Positions 1-13,245 of a stretch of DNA of 64,000 nucleotides are shown one piece after another. The stretch's first letter is position 1; every line of letters begins with the position of its first letter. The position numbers and the translations under genes were made by a program. The notes beneath the pieces were generated by a model. The model did no database searches, was not told the origin of the DNA, and saw nothing but the letters and a program-made list of their open reading frames with translations. Origin of the DNA: Christensenellaceae bacterium (GTDB taxonomy: Bacteria; Bacillota; Clostridia; Christensenellales; Borkfalkiaceae); NCBI GenBank assembly GCA_045589175.1, contig JAZNFS010000033.1, positions 90,734 to 154,733 of the forward strand, given 5' to 3'.

Positions 1-644
1 CCAACTATTAGCCCAGCTAAAGAAATAATACCTAAAATAACACCTAAAACAAAATAAATCTTTATTCCGCGCTCCTTTTTCATATAAACGGGTATTATAT
101 CTTTAAATTTTTCTTCAAGCTTTTGCTTGATTGCAACGTTTTCTTCTTTTTTATACTGCAAAATATCTTCATCGGATAACTTTGCAAGATTGTAAAAATC
201 TTTGTAAAGACGCAATATTATCTTCTTTTCTTCGCTATCAGCACAGTCTATTGCCTTTTTTAAATACTCTTCGTGCGTAGTGTTTCTATAATCTGTTAAA
301 TTTTGGGTTTCAACTCGCACAAGCCCAAAATATATTCTGTAATCGCTTGTAGTAATCGCTAAAGCTTTTTCAAGTTCTTCTTTTGCATTTATAAAATTTT
401 TTCTTTCAAGATGAAATTCAACGCGATTTAAAATACGATCAACTTCAAGATATTCTTCGCCAGATAAACCTTTTTTTGTTGTTTCTGTATTTTTCTCTTC
501 GTATAGCGAATCATAAAGTTTTATAGCTTTTTCGTTATCAAACTGTTTTTTGCAAACGGTACAAAGCCCCGTTCCTTTTTCGTATCCTATATGAAGTTCA
601 GCCCCACAGTATGGGCATTTTGCATTTGGTTTTTGTTCCTGCAT
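1..644 (-). CDS. Zinc-ribbon-containing protein with helical repeats and a C-terminal TM segment. The N-terminus is at 644; the C-terminus is cut by the window edge.
   Basis: ATG at 644 sits after an AGGAG RBS. The translation begins MQEQKPNAKCPYCGAELHIGYEKGTGLCTVCKK (CxxC..CxxC) and ends in a hydrophobic stretch at the window edge. Confidence 0.5.
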   Translation of the reverse strand, partial: MQEQKPNAKCPYCGAELHIGYEKGTGLCTVCKKQFDNEKAIKLYDSLYEEKNTETTKKGLSGEEYLEVDRILNRVEFHLERKNFINAKEELEKALAITTSDYRIYFGLVRVETQNLTDYRNTTHEEYLKKAIDCADSEEKKIILRLYKDFYNLAKLSDEDILQYKKEENVAIKQKLEEKFKDIIPVYMKKERGIKIYFVLGVILGIISLAGLIV

Positions 645-770
645 AATACTCCTAAATATGCGTTTATACGCTTATAGAATGCTTTTTTATTTCTATAATC
701 TACAAACAGCCACTTTTTAGTTTTTGCTTTCTATTAATAAATACAACTTTTGTTTTCTAATTATATATTC

Positions 771-1745
771 TTATTCAAAATTTTGTCTTATAATTTGGTC
801 GCATTTTTCTACCGTTATAAAGTCTCGCATTATTACGTTAACACATCTACTTTCTTCATATTGCTTTAAGTTGTCAATATATTCGCTAACGTTTTTGTTA
901 TGCGATCTTTCACGCGCCCAAGGCCCAAAAATTAAATATCCATCAGTAAGTTGTGCTTGTAAAACGAAAATTCCTTTATAACCTTCGTTATTAAACTTTT
1001 CATCAATTCGCGCATAATATTCGGGAAACGCTTCGTATATTAGAGCTTTACTTGTTCCCTTATGATATTCTTCATAATAATAAGAGTTCAAACTTACCCC
1101 CTCTAAACTACAAGTATCGTTATTTCTTATAAATAAATAGTTTTTTTGAGCAAACTCATCCGATCTATCACCCCAAAACACGATACATTTTCCGCGTGCT
1201 TCGCCAACTGTAAGTTCGCTTATAAACTGTAAATCGCTTTTATCGGTATCGTTAACTACAAGTAAATCATCGCTTGCAAAAAATTCTTCAATTAGCTCGC
1301 GAACACGATGTTGACTACCACCGCTAAAATGTTGAAAATCAAGAAGTAAAACTTCCGTTGGATTTTCAATAATAAAGTCGTAAATATCTTGCAAAATAGG
1401 TATAAATTTAGCCCCATTTATTATACTATGGAATATAACGAACTCACCGTCTTTTTGATTTACCCTTAAGTCGAAATATCTTACGCCAGATAAAAGCTGT
1501 TCTTCAACCGTATAGCACTGCGTTTCGCCAAGCCAAACCATTCCTTTCGTTCCTGCATCGTGACTACCGGGGATGACTATTTCACTTATTAAACAATCAT
1601 CTTCAATATCCATCATCCAGTGAGAATAGTATTCGTCAGCGCCATCGAACTTAATATAGCATTTTCCGCTTATTGCAACAACCGCGGCAAATAAAATCAC
1701 TACGGTTATTATAAAACCAAGTATTTTTTTTATAAATTTAAACAT
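771..1745 (-). CDS. Phosphatidylinositol-specific phospholipase C X-domain protein with an N-terminal signal/TM segment
   Basis: The 324-aa ORF carries the IPGSHDAGT motif typical of the PI-PLC X domain. A GAGGAAA RBS precedes the start. Confidence 0.7.
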   Translation of the reverse strand: MFKFIKKILGFIITVVILFAAVVAISGKCYIKFDGADEYYSHWMMDIEDDCLISEIVIPGSHDAGTKGMVWLGETQCYTVEEQLLSGVRYFDLRVNQKDGEFVIFHSIINGAKFIPILQDIYDFIIENPTEVLLLDFQHFSGGSQHRVRELIEEFFASDDLLVVNDTDKSDLQFISELTVGEARGKCIVFWGDRSDEFAQKNYLFIRNNDTCSLEGVSLNSYYYEEYHKGTSKALIYEAFPEYYARIDEKFNNEGYKGIFVLQAQLTDGYLIFGPWARERSHNKNVSEYIDNLKQYEESRCVNVIMRDFITVEKCDQIIRQNFE

Positions 1746-1806
1746 AAATTTTCCTCACTAAAGTATTTAAAAAAGTGGCGCATACGATATTATAGCGCCA
1801 CTTTTG

Positions 1807-2523
1807 TTATTCTGGTAATTGCATTGTGCCAAGTTCGTTACAGCGCACGCGTAATACTTCTGCAATTTGATATTTATCTAAACCTTGGTTAACAAGGTCG
1901 GTATAATAAATAGGTTTATCAATAACGTAAACCTTTTCTTTTTTACGAAGATAGGTTAAATAAATGGGCAAGTCCATTCCTTTTTTATGGCAATATTTTG
2001 CAAGAGTAACAAACCCAGAAAAGAACCCTGTAAGAGTGCTAAAATATCCGTTTGAAGAATCTTCTGGGAAAATAATTAACGACGCGTTATTTTCAAGCGT
2101 TCTTACGCTTTCTTTTAAAGTGCTTTTAAAACGGTGATCACGATAAGTTGAAATTAAAGTAAGCCCTCTATAAAACGCCCACGCTACAGGTGCTGCTATT
2201 ATACTAAACAACTTTGCACCCCATTTACTCCAATGCTTCTTTTGATAAAAATAAATTTCCGAAAGATACTTATAAACTTCTTTTACGCTTGAGTTCATTT
2301 CATAAGTACCCCAAAATCTAAATGGCTTTGGAAAATGCATTTCTAAGGTAAGTGGCGCGCTTGCTCCAACGTGATTGCTTAAAACGAGCGACCTATCTTG
2401 AAATTCCTCACCAAGAAAAACAAAGCGTGGCTTTTTTATAAAAATTCTTAAAATTGCCTTTACGCATTTAAACCAAACGCGTCTTTCACCAGGCTTAAGT
2501 TTATTCTTCTTTTCTTTTGCCAT
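1807..2523 (-). CDS. Lysophospholipid (PlsC-like) acyltransferase family protein
   Basis: Motifs NHVGASAP and IFPEDSSNG resemble the NHxxxxD and FPEGTR blocks of acyltransferases. Start chosen at MAKEKK (ATG 2523, GGGAG RBS) rather than the TTG at 2541. Confidence 0.5.
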   Translation of the reverse strand: MAKEKKNKLKPGERRVWFKCVKAILRIFIKKPRFVFLGEEFQDRSLVLSNHVGASAPLTLEMHFPKPFRFWGTYEMNSSVKEVYKYLSEIYFYQKKHWSKWGAKLFSIIAAPVAWAFYRGLTLISTYRDHRFKSTLKESVRTLENNASLIIFPEDSSNGYFSTLTGFFSGFVTLAKYCHKKGMDLPIYLTYLRKKEKVYVIDKPIYYTDLVNQGLDKYQIAEVLRVRCNELGTMQLPE

Positions 2524-2807
2524 TTTTCTCCCATTTTTCAAAATTTACCAAAACACCAAAGCGTTTTATTTTGTACTTTTAACAAACACATTTCTTTTGT
2601 TTATTATATAATACAAATGAAAAAATTTCAAGTAATTTTGAACATTTTTTCGCGTGATAATAGCGTTTTCATCTACCTTTCACAATTCAACACGTAGTTG
2701 TTCGTTTGTTATGGCAAAAACAGTTGCACTTTATTAAAATTATTGGTATAATAAGTTATACTATTAATCAATTATTTGGTTGTGCAAATCGCACAATTAG
2801 GTGTAAA

Positions 2808-3788
2808 ATGAAAGTATTTAAAAAAATAAGCGCTCTTTTTATTTGTTTTGCGCTTTTGTTTGCCTCCGCTTGTAACACAAGCGATCCTATAGTTTCTAAT
2901 ATGTTTGCTTCTCAATACTGGCTTTCTAATACAGAAGCCGAAATTGGCGAAATCAATGAAACTAGTGTTTATACACTTTCTTTCGTTGAAGCAGAAGTGG
3001 AAGAAGGCGAAACCAAATTAACCTCAACTTTAAGTGGAACTTTCACAACGAATATTCAAAATTCAACTTATAAAGGTCAATCTTGTTACAAGTTTACAAC
3101 CTCACTTTCTTCAAGTGGAAATTACTCTTACGGTGATAAAACGGTTGATTTTAACGATACGATTACTTCCACCGTTTACTTTTTAGGAATTTCTGCAAAA
3201 TTTTTCCCACTTTATAGTGAAAAAACAGTTAAAACTACTGCGCCAACAAAAATTTCGGGCTTTGACTTTGTATCCCTTGAATATTCGGTTACAACTACTT
3301 ACAATAAAGAAGAAAAATCGGCTTTTGTTAAAGTTACTTCAAACGCGGCAGAAGATGCCCCATATAAGGTTGCCGAAAGCGAAAAAACCTATACGAAACT
3401 AAACAAAAACGGTGCTTATTTTGATAACGAAAGTTTAATTTTTATTCCACGCGCAAGTGATTTATTATCGGGTTTTTCAGCTTCTTTTAATACGATTGAC
3501 GCACCTTCTCAAGAATTTCATAATATGCATCTTGCAGTATCGTCAACTGCGCCAACTAGCGAAATTAAACTTGATGATTACACTATTGACAACGTAAAAG
3601 CTCCTCAAACCTTTAACTGCTATAATGCAACCATTTCAATTAATAGCACGTTTTCAGGTTTACCATTAAAACTATATTACTCTGCCGATGCAAAAACTCA
3701 CGGCAAGCGCCTTGTTAAAATGGAAACCGAACTTGGTTACTCTCTTGGCAAGATAGTTTATACTTTACAGTCTATAACTCACGCTTAA
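2808..3788 (+). CDS. Hypothetical lipoprotein
   Basis: Internal ATG at 2808 follows an AGGTG RBS. The signal peptide MKVFKKISALFICFALLFASAC carries a lipobox. The rest is Ser/Thr-rich with no recognisable domain. Confidence 0.6.
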   Translation: MKVFKKISALFICFALLFASACNTSDPIVSNMFASQYWLSNTEAEIGEINETSVYTLSFVEAEVEEGETKLTSTLSGTFTTNIQNSTYKGQSCYKFTTSLSSSGNYSYGDKTVDFNDTITSTVYFLGISAKFFPLYSEKTVKTTAPTKISGFDFVSLEYSVTTTYNKEEKSAFVKVTSNAAEDAPYKVAESEKTYTKLNKNGAYFDNESLIFIPRASDLLSGFSASFNTIDAPSQEFHNMHLAVSSTAPTSEIKLDDYTIDNVKAPQTFNCYNATISINSTFSGLPLKLYYSADAKTHGKRLVKMETELGYSLGKIVYTLQSITHA

Positions 3789-4006
3789 TTATTTATCATA
3801 CGAAGGAAATTATGGAACAAGCTCCTCAGCCCCAACCGCGTGGCAATTTTAAAACTTATTTTTATCACAATTTAAATATACGCAAATAGCGATCCTTTAA
3901 CTTCATTGCCACCAATGAAATATTTTGCGTTCGCTTTTTTGCGAGCGCTTTTTTATTGCTTTTTATTGATATAAAAGCAAAATCTAATAAGGAATAGGTA
4001 ATATCA

Positions 4007-5401
4007 ATGGATGAATTAAAGGAAAACGAGTTATTAACTCAAGAATTTTCTCAAGAAATAGTACAAATAGTACGTGAAAATTCAGGTGAAAATTTACGCG
4101 AGTTGCTTAGCGACTATCACGAAAACGATATAGCCGAAGCTTTAGAACTTTTATCCCCACAAGAACGTAAAAAACTTTATAACACCTTAAGTGACGAAAC
4201 TTTATCTGAAATTTTTGCCTTTTTAGAAAATCCTGCTCCATTCGTTGAAGAACTTTCAAACGAAAAGGTTGCCGACATTATAGAAAACATGGCTTCAGAC
4301 GATGCCGTTGACCTTTTAGAAGAACTTGACGAAGACAAACAACGCGACCTTATTGAACTCTTAGACGAGGAAGTAGCGCACGACGTTGAACTTATCAATG
4401 CTTATAACGACGAAGAGATAGGTAGCTTGATGACAAACGACTTCGTTTGCGTTAACCAAAACTTAAGCGTTAAAAACGCAATGAAAAAGGTTGTAAAAGA
4501 TGCTGGCGAAAACAACAATATTTCCACTATTTTCGTAACCGATGACAACGGCGTTTATAAAGGTGCCTTTTATCTTCGCGATCTTGTTATTGCGCGAAGC
4601 GAAACTCCGCTTGAAAAAATTATAATAGGTTCGTTCCCTCATGTTTATGCTTTTGATAAAATTGACGATCGCCTTACCGATATAAAAGAGTATGCCGAAG
4701 CAATTTTGCCCATTTTAGATGCCGATAATCGCCTTATAGGCGCACTTACAAGTAGTGATATCGTTGAAGCAGTTGAAGAAGAACAGGCTGAAAACTATGC
4801 AAAACTTGCAGCTCTTCCAGAAGAAACCTTTGAAAGAACTGGTGCTAGCGGTATAATAAGAAATGCTTTTAGAAGACTACCTTGGCTTCTTATTTTGTTG
4901 TTTTTAAGTTTATTTATAGGCGCGTATATAGGGCTTTTTGAAAGCGCAATTATCGCTCTTCCTATATTAGTAAACTTCCAACAACTTATTTCGGGTATGA
5001 GCGGTAACGCTGGAACTCAAACTCTTGCAGTTACGGTTAAACTTTTAGATGATCCCGATTTAACTACAAAAGAAAAGATAAAGCACGTTTTAAACGAAAT
5101 TAGAATTGGCCTTATAATAGGTATTGTTACCGGCTTTATATCAGCGATAGCCATTAGCGCTTACGCCTATATAACTTCAAACGATCCATCCTTTTTAACC
5201 GCCCTTAACGTTGGTGGAGCGGTTGGTCTTGCAATGTTAGCGTCATCAACCACCTCAACCTTAACGGGCTGTATAATTCCTATCACTTTAGATAAATTAA
5301 AAATCGACCCTGCAACCGCAAGCGGACCACTTATTACTACGCTTAACGACTTTATTGCAATAACCGTTTACTACGGAATCGCTCTGTTAATCTTGTTGTA
5401 A
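4007..5401 (+). CDS. mgtE: Magnesium transporter MgtE
   Basis: 464 aa. An acidic N-domain is followed by a CBS pair and a C-terminal TM domain with the MgtE-type segment SGMSGNAGTQTLAV. Confidence 0.85.
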   Translation: MDELKENELLTQEFSQEIVQIVRENSGENLRELLSDYHENDIAEALELLSPQERKKLYNTLSDETLSEIFAFLENPAPFVEELSNEKVADIIENMASDDAVDLLEELDEDKQRDLIELLDEEVAHDVELINAYNDEEIGSLMTNDFVCVNQNLSVKNAMKKVVKDAGENNNISTIFVTDDNGVYKGAFYLRDLVIARSETPLEKIIIGSFPHVYAFDKIDDRLTDIKEYAEAILPILDADNRLIGALTSSDIVEAVEEEQAENYAKLAALPEETFERTGASGIIRNAFRRLPWLLILLFLSLFIGAYIGLFESAIIALPILVNFQQLISGMSGNAGTQTLAVTVKLLDDPDLTTKEKIKHVLNEIRIGLIIGIVTGFISAIAISAYAYITSNDPSFLTALNVGGAVGLAMLASSTTSTLTGCIIPITLDKLKIDPATASGPLITTLNDFIAITVYYGIALLILL

Positions 5402-5470
5402 TTGATTATTGATTCATTATAAAGATAGCGTTATAAAGTATCCACAAAGGATTTTAACTGAATAATAGAT

Positions 5471-5509
5471 AAAACTCGACTTAGAAAAAAAGTCGAGTTT
5501 TATTTTTTT
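5471..5509. terminator. Bidirectional intrinsic terminator between mgtE and the Fic gene
   Basis: Hairpin AAAACTCGACTT-AGAAAAAA-AGTCGAGTTTT is flanked by T-runs. Confidence 0.6.
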
Positions 5510-5526
5510 ATCCCTGTGTTTCTTCT

Positions 5527-6381
5527 TTAATTTTCTTCTTCGTAGTAGTAAGAATAATCTATACCATTCATAAAGATTTCACGGTCATCTATCTTGTCCG
5601 TTAAAGCATTTTTGATAAGAGCTAAAATATCACTATAATCAACAACACTTAATTTCATTGCTTCTAAATATTCAGTTTTATCAATTTTGCTCCAATCGAT
5701 ACATTTAGAAAGATTTTTCTTTAGTATTATATCTAACCAAATACGAGTAGTTCTGCCGTTGCCTTCCATAAAAGGATGCGCAACGTTCATTTCAACGTAT
5801 TTTTTTACGATTTCTTCTACTGTGTTTTCAGGCATTCTTTCAATAGTATTCAAAGTTTGCTCTAAATAACCAACACTTGCAAATACGAAACCACCCTTAC
5901 TAATATTTAACTTCCTAATTTGCCCTGCAAAATCGTATAAACCACCAAATAAATAAGAGTGGATTTGTTGCAAGCCGTTTATCGTTCCAACTTCAATATC
6001 ATTAATAAGACCACTTTCAAACATTTCGTAAGCCTTGTTCTTGCTTTGCTCGTCGATAGACGTGCCTTTTGTTTTAACCCATTTTAGAAATACGGCTGAC
6101 TTTTTGCTTGGAAGAATTGCTATAAGCAAATTAAGTCCGTCGTCATCTATAACGTCCGTCAAATATTTCTTGCCGTCTTTAGCCGTTAATTTCAGTTGTC
6201 TACAAATTGATGACAACTGATTATTTCTCTTTTTTAAGGTGTTCCAATATTTACGTGGAGAAGTGCTTAAAGAAAGGGCTTCTATAATATCAACTGCACA
6301 CAACCACCAATGAGAACTTTCTTCATCCCACACAGAACGAACAGGAACATTATCAAAAAATCTAATAGACGTTTTAATCAT
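5527..6381 (-). CDS. Fic/Doc family protein (AMPylase-type) with an N-terminal Bro-N-like domain
   Basis: The Fic motif [12 protein letters not shown] is present. The N-terminus ([30 protein letters not shown]) resembles the Bro-N phage antirepressor domain. Confidence 0.75.
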   Translation of the reverse strand: MIKTSIRFFDNVPVRSVWDEESSHWWLCAVDIIEALSLSTSPRKYWNTLKKRNNQLSSICRQLKLTAKDGKKYLTDVIDDDGLNLLIAILPSKKSAVFLKWVKTKGTSIDEQSKNKAYEMFESGLINDIEVGTINGLQQIHSYLFGGLYDFAGQIRKLNISKGGFVFASVGYLEQTLNTIERMPENTVEEIVKKYVEMNVAHPFMEGNGRTTRIWLDIILKKNLSKCIDWSKIDKTEYLEAMKLSVVDYSDILALIKNALTDKIDDREIFMNGIDYSYYYEEEN

Positions 6382-6589
6382 TTTTATCCTCGCTCACGAT
6401 TTCTAATATATCGTTTAAACCGCAATCAAGGGCGTTGCATATTTTAAAAAGTATATCCATATGCACGGTTTCGTTTCTACCAAGTTTCGCCATAGCGGTA
6501 GTAGTGATACCCGCTTTTAAGCGTAGGTCCTCTTTACGCATATCTCTATCAATAAGAATTTTCCATAATTTTTTATAACTTGCAGCCAT
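6374..6589 (-). CDS. XRE-family helix-turn-helix transcriptional regulator
   Basis: 71 aa with an HTH signature ([21 protein letters not shown]). Its 3' end overlaps the Fic gene start by 8 nt. Confidence 0.7.
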   Translation of the reverse strand: MAASYKKLWKILIDRDMRKEDLRLKAGITTTAMAKLGRNETVHMDILFKICNALDCGLNDILEIVSEDKND

Positions 6590-6764
6590 TTTTTAATCTC
6601 CGAAATGAAAGTCTATAAGCCATTTTTATTATTGTAGCACATATAAATAATTTTATCAAGATATTCTCCAATATTTAGAGAAAAATTTTATAAATTTTTT
6701 AGAAAAGTGCCTCAACTGACACTTTTAACTTTTTAAATAAATTTCGTGTGTTTTGCAAAGCAAA

Positions 6765-6800
6765 TGAAAAGACTAACGAAAAAATTTCGTTAGTCTTTTG
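6765..6800 (-). terminator. Intrinsic terminator downstream of gyrA
   Basis: Palindrome AAAAGACTAACGAAA...TTTCGTTAGTCTTTT with a U-run on the minus strand. Confidence 0.5.
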
Positions 6801-6966
6801 CAATCCTCTAAAAACCCCTATGTGAGGACACCGTTCATAGCGTGGCTTTTCGTTTTTTAATATAATTTTTTTCTGTGCTTTTTGTTTATATCAATCAAAA
6901 AAGCCTATCGTTTGATAGTCTTTTTTCTTATTATTTAGTTAGTTAATCAACTTATAGGGGCACTTT

Positions 6967-9654
6967 TTAATTTTCGCCGTTTTCTTCGGTTGCTCTTTCT
7001 GTTACGCTTTCAACAGCAACGTCTTCAACAGCTACACCGTTTTCGGTTAAAACTTCTTCGCCCAAATCTTCTTTTTCTTCTTCAGCGTGAGGGACTACCG
7101 CAACGGTAACGACTCTGCCACCGTCAACCTTCATTACCTTAACGCCCTTAGTATCTCTACCGATTTTTGAAACGTCACAGGCAGGAGTTCTAATAACAAT
7201 ACCGTTATCGGCAATAAGCATAATATCTTGATCATCTTTAACGAGTTTTAAGCTTACAAGTCTGCCAGTTTTATCGTTAAATACGCCAGCCTTAATACCC
7301 TTACCTCCACGAGATTGTAAACGGTAATCTTCGATATCACTACGTTTACCAAAACCGTTTGCGCTTATAGTTAAAACGTCAAATTCTGGTTTAACAACAG
7401 TCATATCAACAAGCATATCGTCTTCGCTTATTAACATACAGCGAACGCCTTGAGTATCTCTACCCATAGCGCGAACGTCGTGTTCGCTAAATCTGATACA
7501 CTTACCTTCGTAAGAAGCGGCTAAAATTTCATCATCACCCGAAGAAACTTGAACTGAAATAAGTTCGTCGCCTTCGTTTAAGTTAATAGCAATCTTACCG
7601 TTCTTTCTAATGTTATCAAATTCGCTTACTGCCGTTTTCTTAATTAAACCGCGACGAGTTGCTAAAACGATATATTTCTTTCCATCAACGGCTACTTCGC
7701 TTTCACCGTTAACTTCTTTGCTTGTATTTTCTTCGCCTTCTGCTTCTACTTGAACTTCTTGATCTTCGCTTTCTACTGCTCCCGCATTTGTTTCGTTAAG
7801 AGGAATAATTGCAGAAACGTGTTCGCCTTCGGCAAGTGGCAATAGATTTACCATTGCTCTACCGCGTGCAGCCTTAAGCCCTTCTGGAATTTCATAGCCC
7901 ATAAGTCTATAAACTTTACCAAAGTTGGTAAACATTAATAAGCGGTCGTGCGTTGAAGAGATAAACATATCTTCAACAAAGTCTTCTTCTTTTGGCTTAT
8001 GACCGGTTACACCCCTGCCACCACGTTTTTGAGCGCGATATTCTTCCAAAGATAAACGCTTAATATATCCTAAGTGAGTAACGCTAATAACCACGTCTTC
8101 TTTCTTAACGAGGTCGGCAATGTCGATTTCAGAAAGGTCGTAAGAAAGTTCGGTTTTTCTTGGAGTTGGATATTTTTCTTTAAGTTCGATAAGTTCGTTT
8201 CTAACGATGGCAAGAACCCTTTCAGGTTTTTCTAAAATATCACGTAAATCAGCCATTAGTTCATCTAAAGCAGCGAGTTCGGCTTGTAATTTTTCAACTT
8301 CTAAAGAAGTTAAACGTTGTAAACGCATATCTAAAATAGCGTTTGCCTGCTTTTCAGAAAGTTCAAACGATGCAATTAAGTTTGCTTGCGCTTCTTGACG
8401 ATCGCGCGAGCGTTTAATTACTGCAATAACCTCATCAATAGAAGAAAGAGCAATAACTAAGCCTTTAACGATATGTTCTCGTTCTTCGGTTTTTGCAAGG
8501 TCGTATCTTGTTTTTCTTGTAACTACTTCAACTTGGTGCTTAACGTAAGCTTCAAGAATTTGTTTTAGGTTAAGAATTTTTGGTTCACCGTCAAGCAAAG
8601 CAAGCAAGGTAATACCGTTACTAACTTGAAGTTCGGTGTGCTTATAAAGCATATTTAATAAAACTTGTGGATTTGCATCCTTTTTAACGTCGATAACGAT
8701 TCTCATACCGTGACGATCTGATTCATCGTTAATATCTGCAATACCTTCAATTTTTTTATCTTTTACAAGCTCTACAATGTACTTAATAAGCTTTTCTTTA
8801 TTAACTTGGTAAGGAAGTTCGGTTACAACTATTCTGTGCCTTGTTCCGTTATTAAAGTCTTCAATTTCACATCTACTTCTTAAAATAACGCTACCACGAC
8901 CAGTGCGGTAAGCATTTTTTACGCCGGCTCTACCAAGTTGAATTGCCCCGGTTGGATAATCTGGTGCAGGAATATATTCCATTAATTCATCGATAGTTAT
9001 TTCAGGGTTTTCAATTAAAGCGATAGTGCCGTTTATAACTTCGGTTAAGTTATGAGGTGGAATATTAGTTGCCATACCAACGGCAATACCGTCCGACCCG
9101 TTAACTAAAAGGTTAGGGAATTTTGATGGTAATACGGTTGGTTGCATACGCGTATCATCGAAGTTAGGATAAAAATCAACCGTTTCTTTATCGATATCAC
9201 GAAGAAGTTCAACGGCAAGTTTACTCATTTTCGCTTCAGTATAACGGTATGCTGCCGGTGGATCACCGTCAACCGAACCAAAGTTTCCGTGCCCGTCAAC
9301 AAGTGGTAAGTTGGTTGAGAAATCTTGAGCGAGTCTTACGAGTGCGTCGTAAACCGAACTGTCGCCGTGTGGGTGATATTTACCAAGAACGTCACCAACG
9401 ATGGCAGCACATTTTTTATAACCCTTTTCAGGCGCTAAGCCCATTTCATTCATAGCGTAAAGTATTCTTCTATGAACCGGCTTTAACCCGTCGCGCACGT
9501 CGGGAATAGCACGCGAAACGTTAACCGCCATAGCGTACGCTATAAACGATTTTTTAAGTTCGTTATCAACTTCGATATTTATTATATTCGTTTGTGCAAG
9601 CGTTTGACGAAATTCTTCAGTCAATGCGCTATTCATTTCTTTTTTAGTTGCCAT
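6967..9654 (-). CDS. gyrA: DNA gyrase subunit A
   Basis: The active-site region [12 protein letters not shown] and the GyrA box are present. The C-terminal beta-pinwheel carries an acidic insertion and an acidic tail. Gene order is gyrB-gyrA. Confidence 0.95.
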   Translation of the reverse strand: MATKKEMNSALTEEFRQTLAQTNIINIEVDNELKKSFIAYAMAVNVSRAIPDVRDGLKPVHRRILYAMNEMGLAPEKGYKKCAAIVGDVLGKYHPHGDSSVYDALVRLAQDFSTNLPLVDGHGNFGSVDGDPPAAYRYTEAKMSKLAVELLRDIDKETVDFYPNFDDTRMQPTVLPSKFPNLLVNGSDGIAVGMATNIPPHNLTEVINGTIALIENPEITIDELMEYIPAPDYPTGAIQLGRAGVKNAYRTGRGSVILRSRCEIEDFNNGTRHRIVVTELPYQVNKEKLIKYIVELVKDKKIEGIADINDESDRHGMRIVIDVKKDANPQVLLNMLYKHTELQVSNGITLLALLDGEPKILNLKQILEAYVKHQVEVVTRKTRYDLAKTEEREHIVKGLVIALSSIDEVIAVIKRSRDRQEAQANLIASFELSEKQANAILDMRLQRLTSLEVEKLQAELAALDELMADLRDILEKPERVLAIVRNELIELKEKYPTPRKTELSYDLSEIDIADLVKKEDVVISVTHLGYIKRLSLEEYRAQKRGGRGVTGHKPKEEDFVEDMFISSTHDRLLMFTNFGKVYRLMGYEIPEGLKAARGRAMVNLLPLAEGEHVSAIIPLNETNAGAVESEDQEVQVEAEGEENTSKEVNGESEVAVDGKKYIVLATRRGLIKKTAVSEFDNIRKNGKIAINLNEGDELISVQVSSGDDEILAASYEGKCIRFSEHDVRAMGRDTQGVRCMLISEDDMLVDMTVVKPEFDVLTISANGFGKRSDIEDYRLQSRGGKGIKAGVFNDKTGRLVSLKLVKDDQDIMLIADNGIVIRTPACDVSKIGRDTKGVKVMKVDGGRVVTVAVVPHAEEEKEDLGEEVLTENGVAVEDVAVESVTERATEENGEN

Positions 9655-9674
9655 AACAAATTCACCTACCCATC

Positions 9675-11636
<1,962 letters not shown>

Positions 11637-11959
11637 TTATATCAATTTATATAATTATATAATTATATTATATAATATAGTAGAAAATTTGTAAAGCAAA
11701 TTTTTCACTTTTATGTGGATAATCACAAAAAAATATATATTTTTTTGCAATTTTTGGCGCTAGTTATTAACAAATTTCCTTTTTGCGCGCTTTTTGAAAT
11801 TTAATTTGCTTATTTTTTTAGTTTTTTCATTTATTTTTATGTAGCGTATCGTTGACAAATAAGTAAATAATGCTATAATTAAAATGTAAACTGCTTACCT
11901 ATTTTTCATTATACTTGTTTTTTAAAAGCTGTTTGCCAAAAAACTGCGAGGTTGATTTT

Positions 11960-13075
11960 ATGTTTAACGAAGTAAAAAAGAATTTTGGTTTTGGCTGTAT
12001 GAGATTGCCAATGAGCGGCGAAGATGTTAATTTTGAAGAGTTTTCTTTAATGATTGACGACTTTATTTTACAAGGATTTAATTATTTTGATACCGCTCAC
12101 GGCTACCTTAACGGAAAAAGCGAGTTGGCTTTAAAAAAATGTTTAACCTCACGTTATCCAAGAAGTTCTTATATTTTAACCAACAAACTAAGCGGTTGGC
12201 ACTTTGAAAAACAAGAGGATATTATTCCACTTTTTAATTCGCAACTAGAGGCGTGTGGCGTTGATTATTTCGATTTTTATCTTATGCACGCTCAAAACGC
12301 TAACAATTTTGTTAAGTACAAAGAATGTAAGGCCTATGAAACGGCTTTTGAATTAAAAAAACAAGGCAAGATAAAACACGTTGGTCTTTCTTTCCACGAT
12401 ACGGCTGAAGTTCTTGATAACATTTTAACACAATACCCCGAAGTTGAAGTAGTTCAAATTCAACTTAACTATCTCGACTGGGAAGACCCAACAATTCAGT
12501 CGAAAAAATGTTACGAGGTTTGCGTTAAACACAACAAACCCGTTATAGTAATGGAGCCTGTAAAGGGCGGTAAGCTTGTAAACTTTCCACAAGAAATTAC
12601 CCAACTTATTACTGATGCAAACAACGGCTCTCCTGCAAGCTACGCTATTCGCTTTGCGGCAAGCCTTGAAAAGGTATTTATGGTTCTTTCGGGAATGTCA
12701 AACTGCGAGCAAATGAGCGACAATCTTTCTTATATGCGCGAATTTAAACCGCTTGAAAGTGCCGATTACGCGCTTATAGACAGCGTTGTTAAAAAATTAG
12801 CCGAGCTAAAAGTTATACAATGCACCGCTTGCAGATACTGCACCGAAAACTGTCCGCAAGGTATTTTAATTCCCGATATGTTTACTTGCTACAATAATAA
12901 AAAGGCTTATAACGACTGGAACGCCGACCGATATTATGCCGAAACGCTTTGTAAAAATGGCGCAAAAGCAAGCGAGTGTATTAAGTGCGGAATATGTGAA
13001 AGCGTATGTCCACAAAAACTAAAGGTTCGCGAACTTTTAGTTGAGGTTGCAAATACCTTTGAAAATAAAGAATAA
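11960..13075 (+). CDS. Aldo/keto reductase fused to a C-terminal 2x[4Fe-4S] ferredoxin domain
   Basis: ATG 11960 follows a GAGGT RBS. An AKR fold is followed by CTACRYCTENCPQ and CIKCGICESVCPQ cluster motifs. Confidence 0.8.
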   Translation: MFNEVKKNFGFGCMRLPMSGEDVNFEEFSLMIDDFILQGFNYFDTAHGYLNGKSELALKKCLTSRYPRSSYILTNKLSGWHFEKQEDIIPLFNSQLEACGVDYFDFYLMHAQNANNFVKYKECKAYETAFELKKQGKIKHVGLSFHDTAEVLDNILTQYPEVEVVQIQLNYLDWEDPTIQSKKCYEVCVKHNKPVIVMEPVKGGKLVNFPQEITQLITDANNGSPASYAIRFAASLEKVFMVLSGMSNCEQMSDNLSYMREFKPLESADYALIDSVVKKLAELKVIQCTACRYCTENCPQGILIPDMFTCYNNKKAYNDWNADRYYAETLCKNGAKASECIKCGICESVCPQKLKVRELLVEVANTFENKE

Positions 13076-13204
13076 CACACCCTATTACCCCTTGTTCGCC
13101 AAAAATCTCACCTTATTGAACAAGCCTGCGATCTTGGAGATTTTTGCCTTAAAACAAAAACAGCGCCCCTTAAAAAGATGATTACAATTAAACGAATATA
13201 ATAT

Positions 13205-13245
13205 AAAAAGTGCCGATATAACTTTACTATCGGCACTTTCGTTTT
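13205..13245. terminator. Bidirectional intrinsic terminator
   Basis: Hairpin AAAGTGCCGATA...TATCGGCACTTT has T-runs on both sides. Confidence 0.5.

Noticed and set aside
3217-3402. 61-aa ORF in an alternative frame inside the lipoprotein gene. Similar intragenic small ORFs lie at 4177-4398, 5687-5869, 17675-18229 and 35063-35404.
   Set aside because: They are overlapping alternative frames of longer, better-supported genes, and their translations are compositionally biased.
3789-4006. Looked for an M-box (ykoK) magnesium riboswitch upstream of mgtE
   Set aside because: The 218-nt leader is too short and lacks the conserved M-box stems. It shows only a weak terminator-like GC segment.
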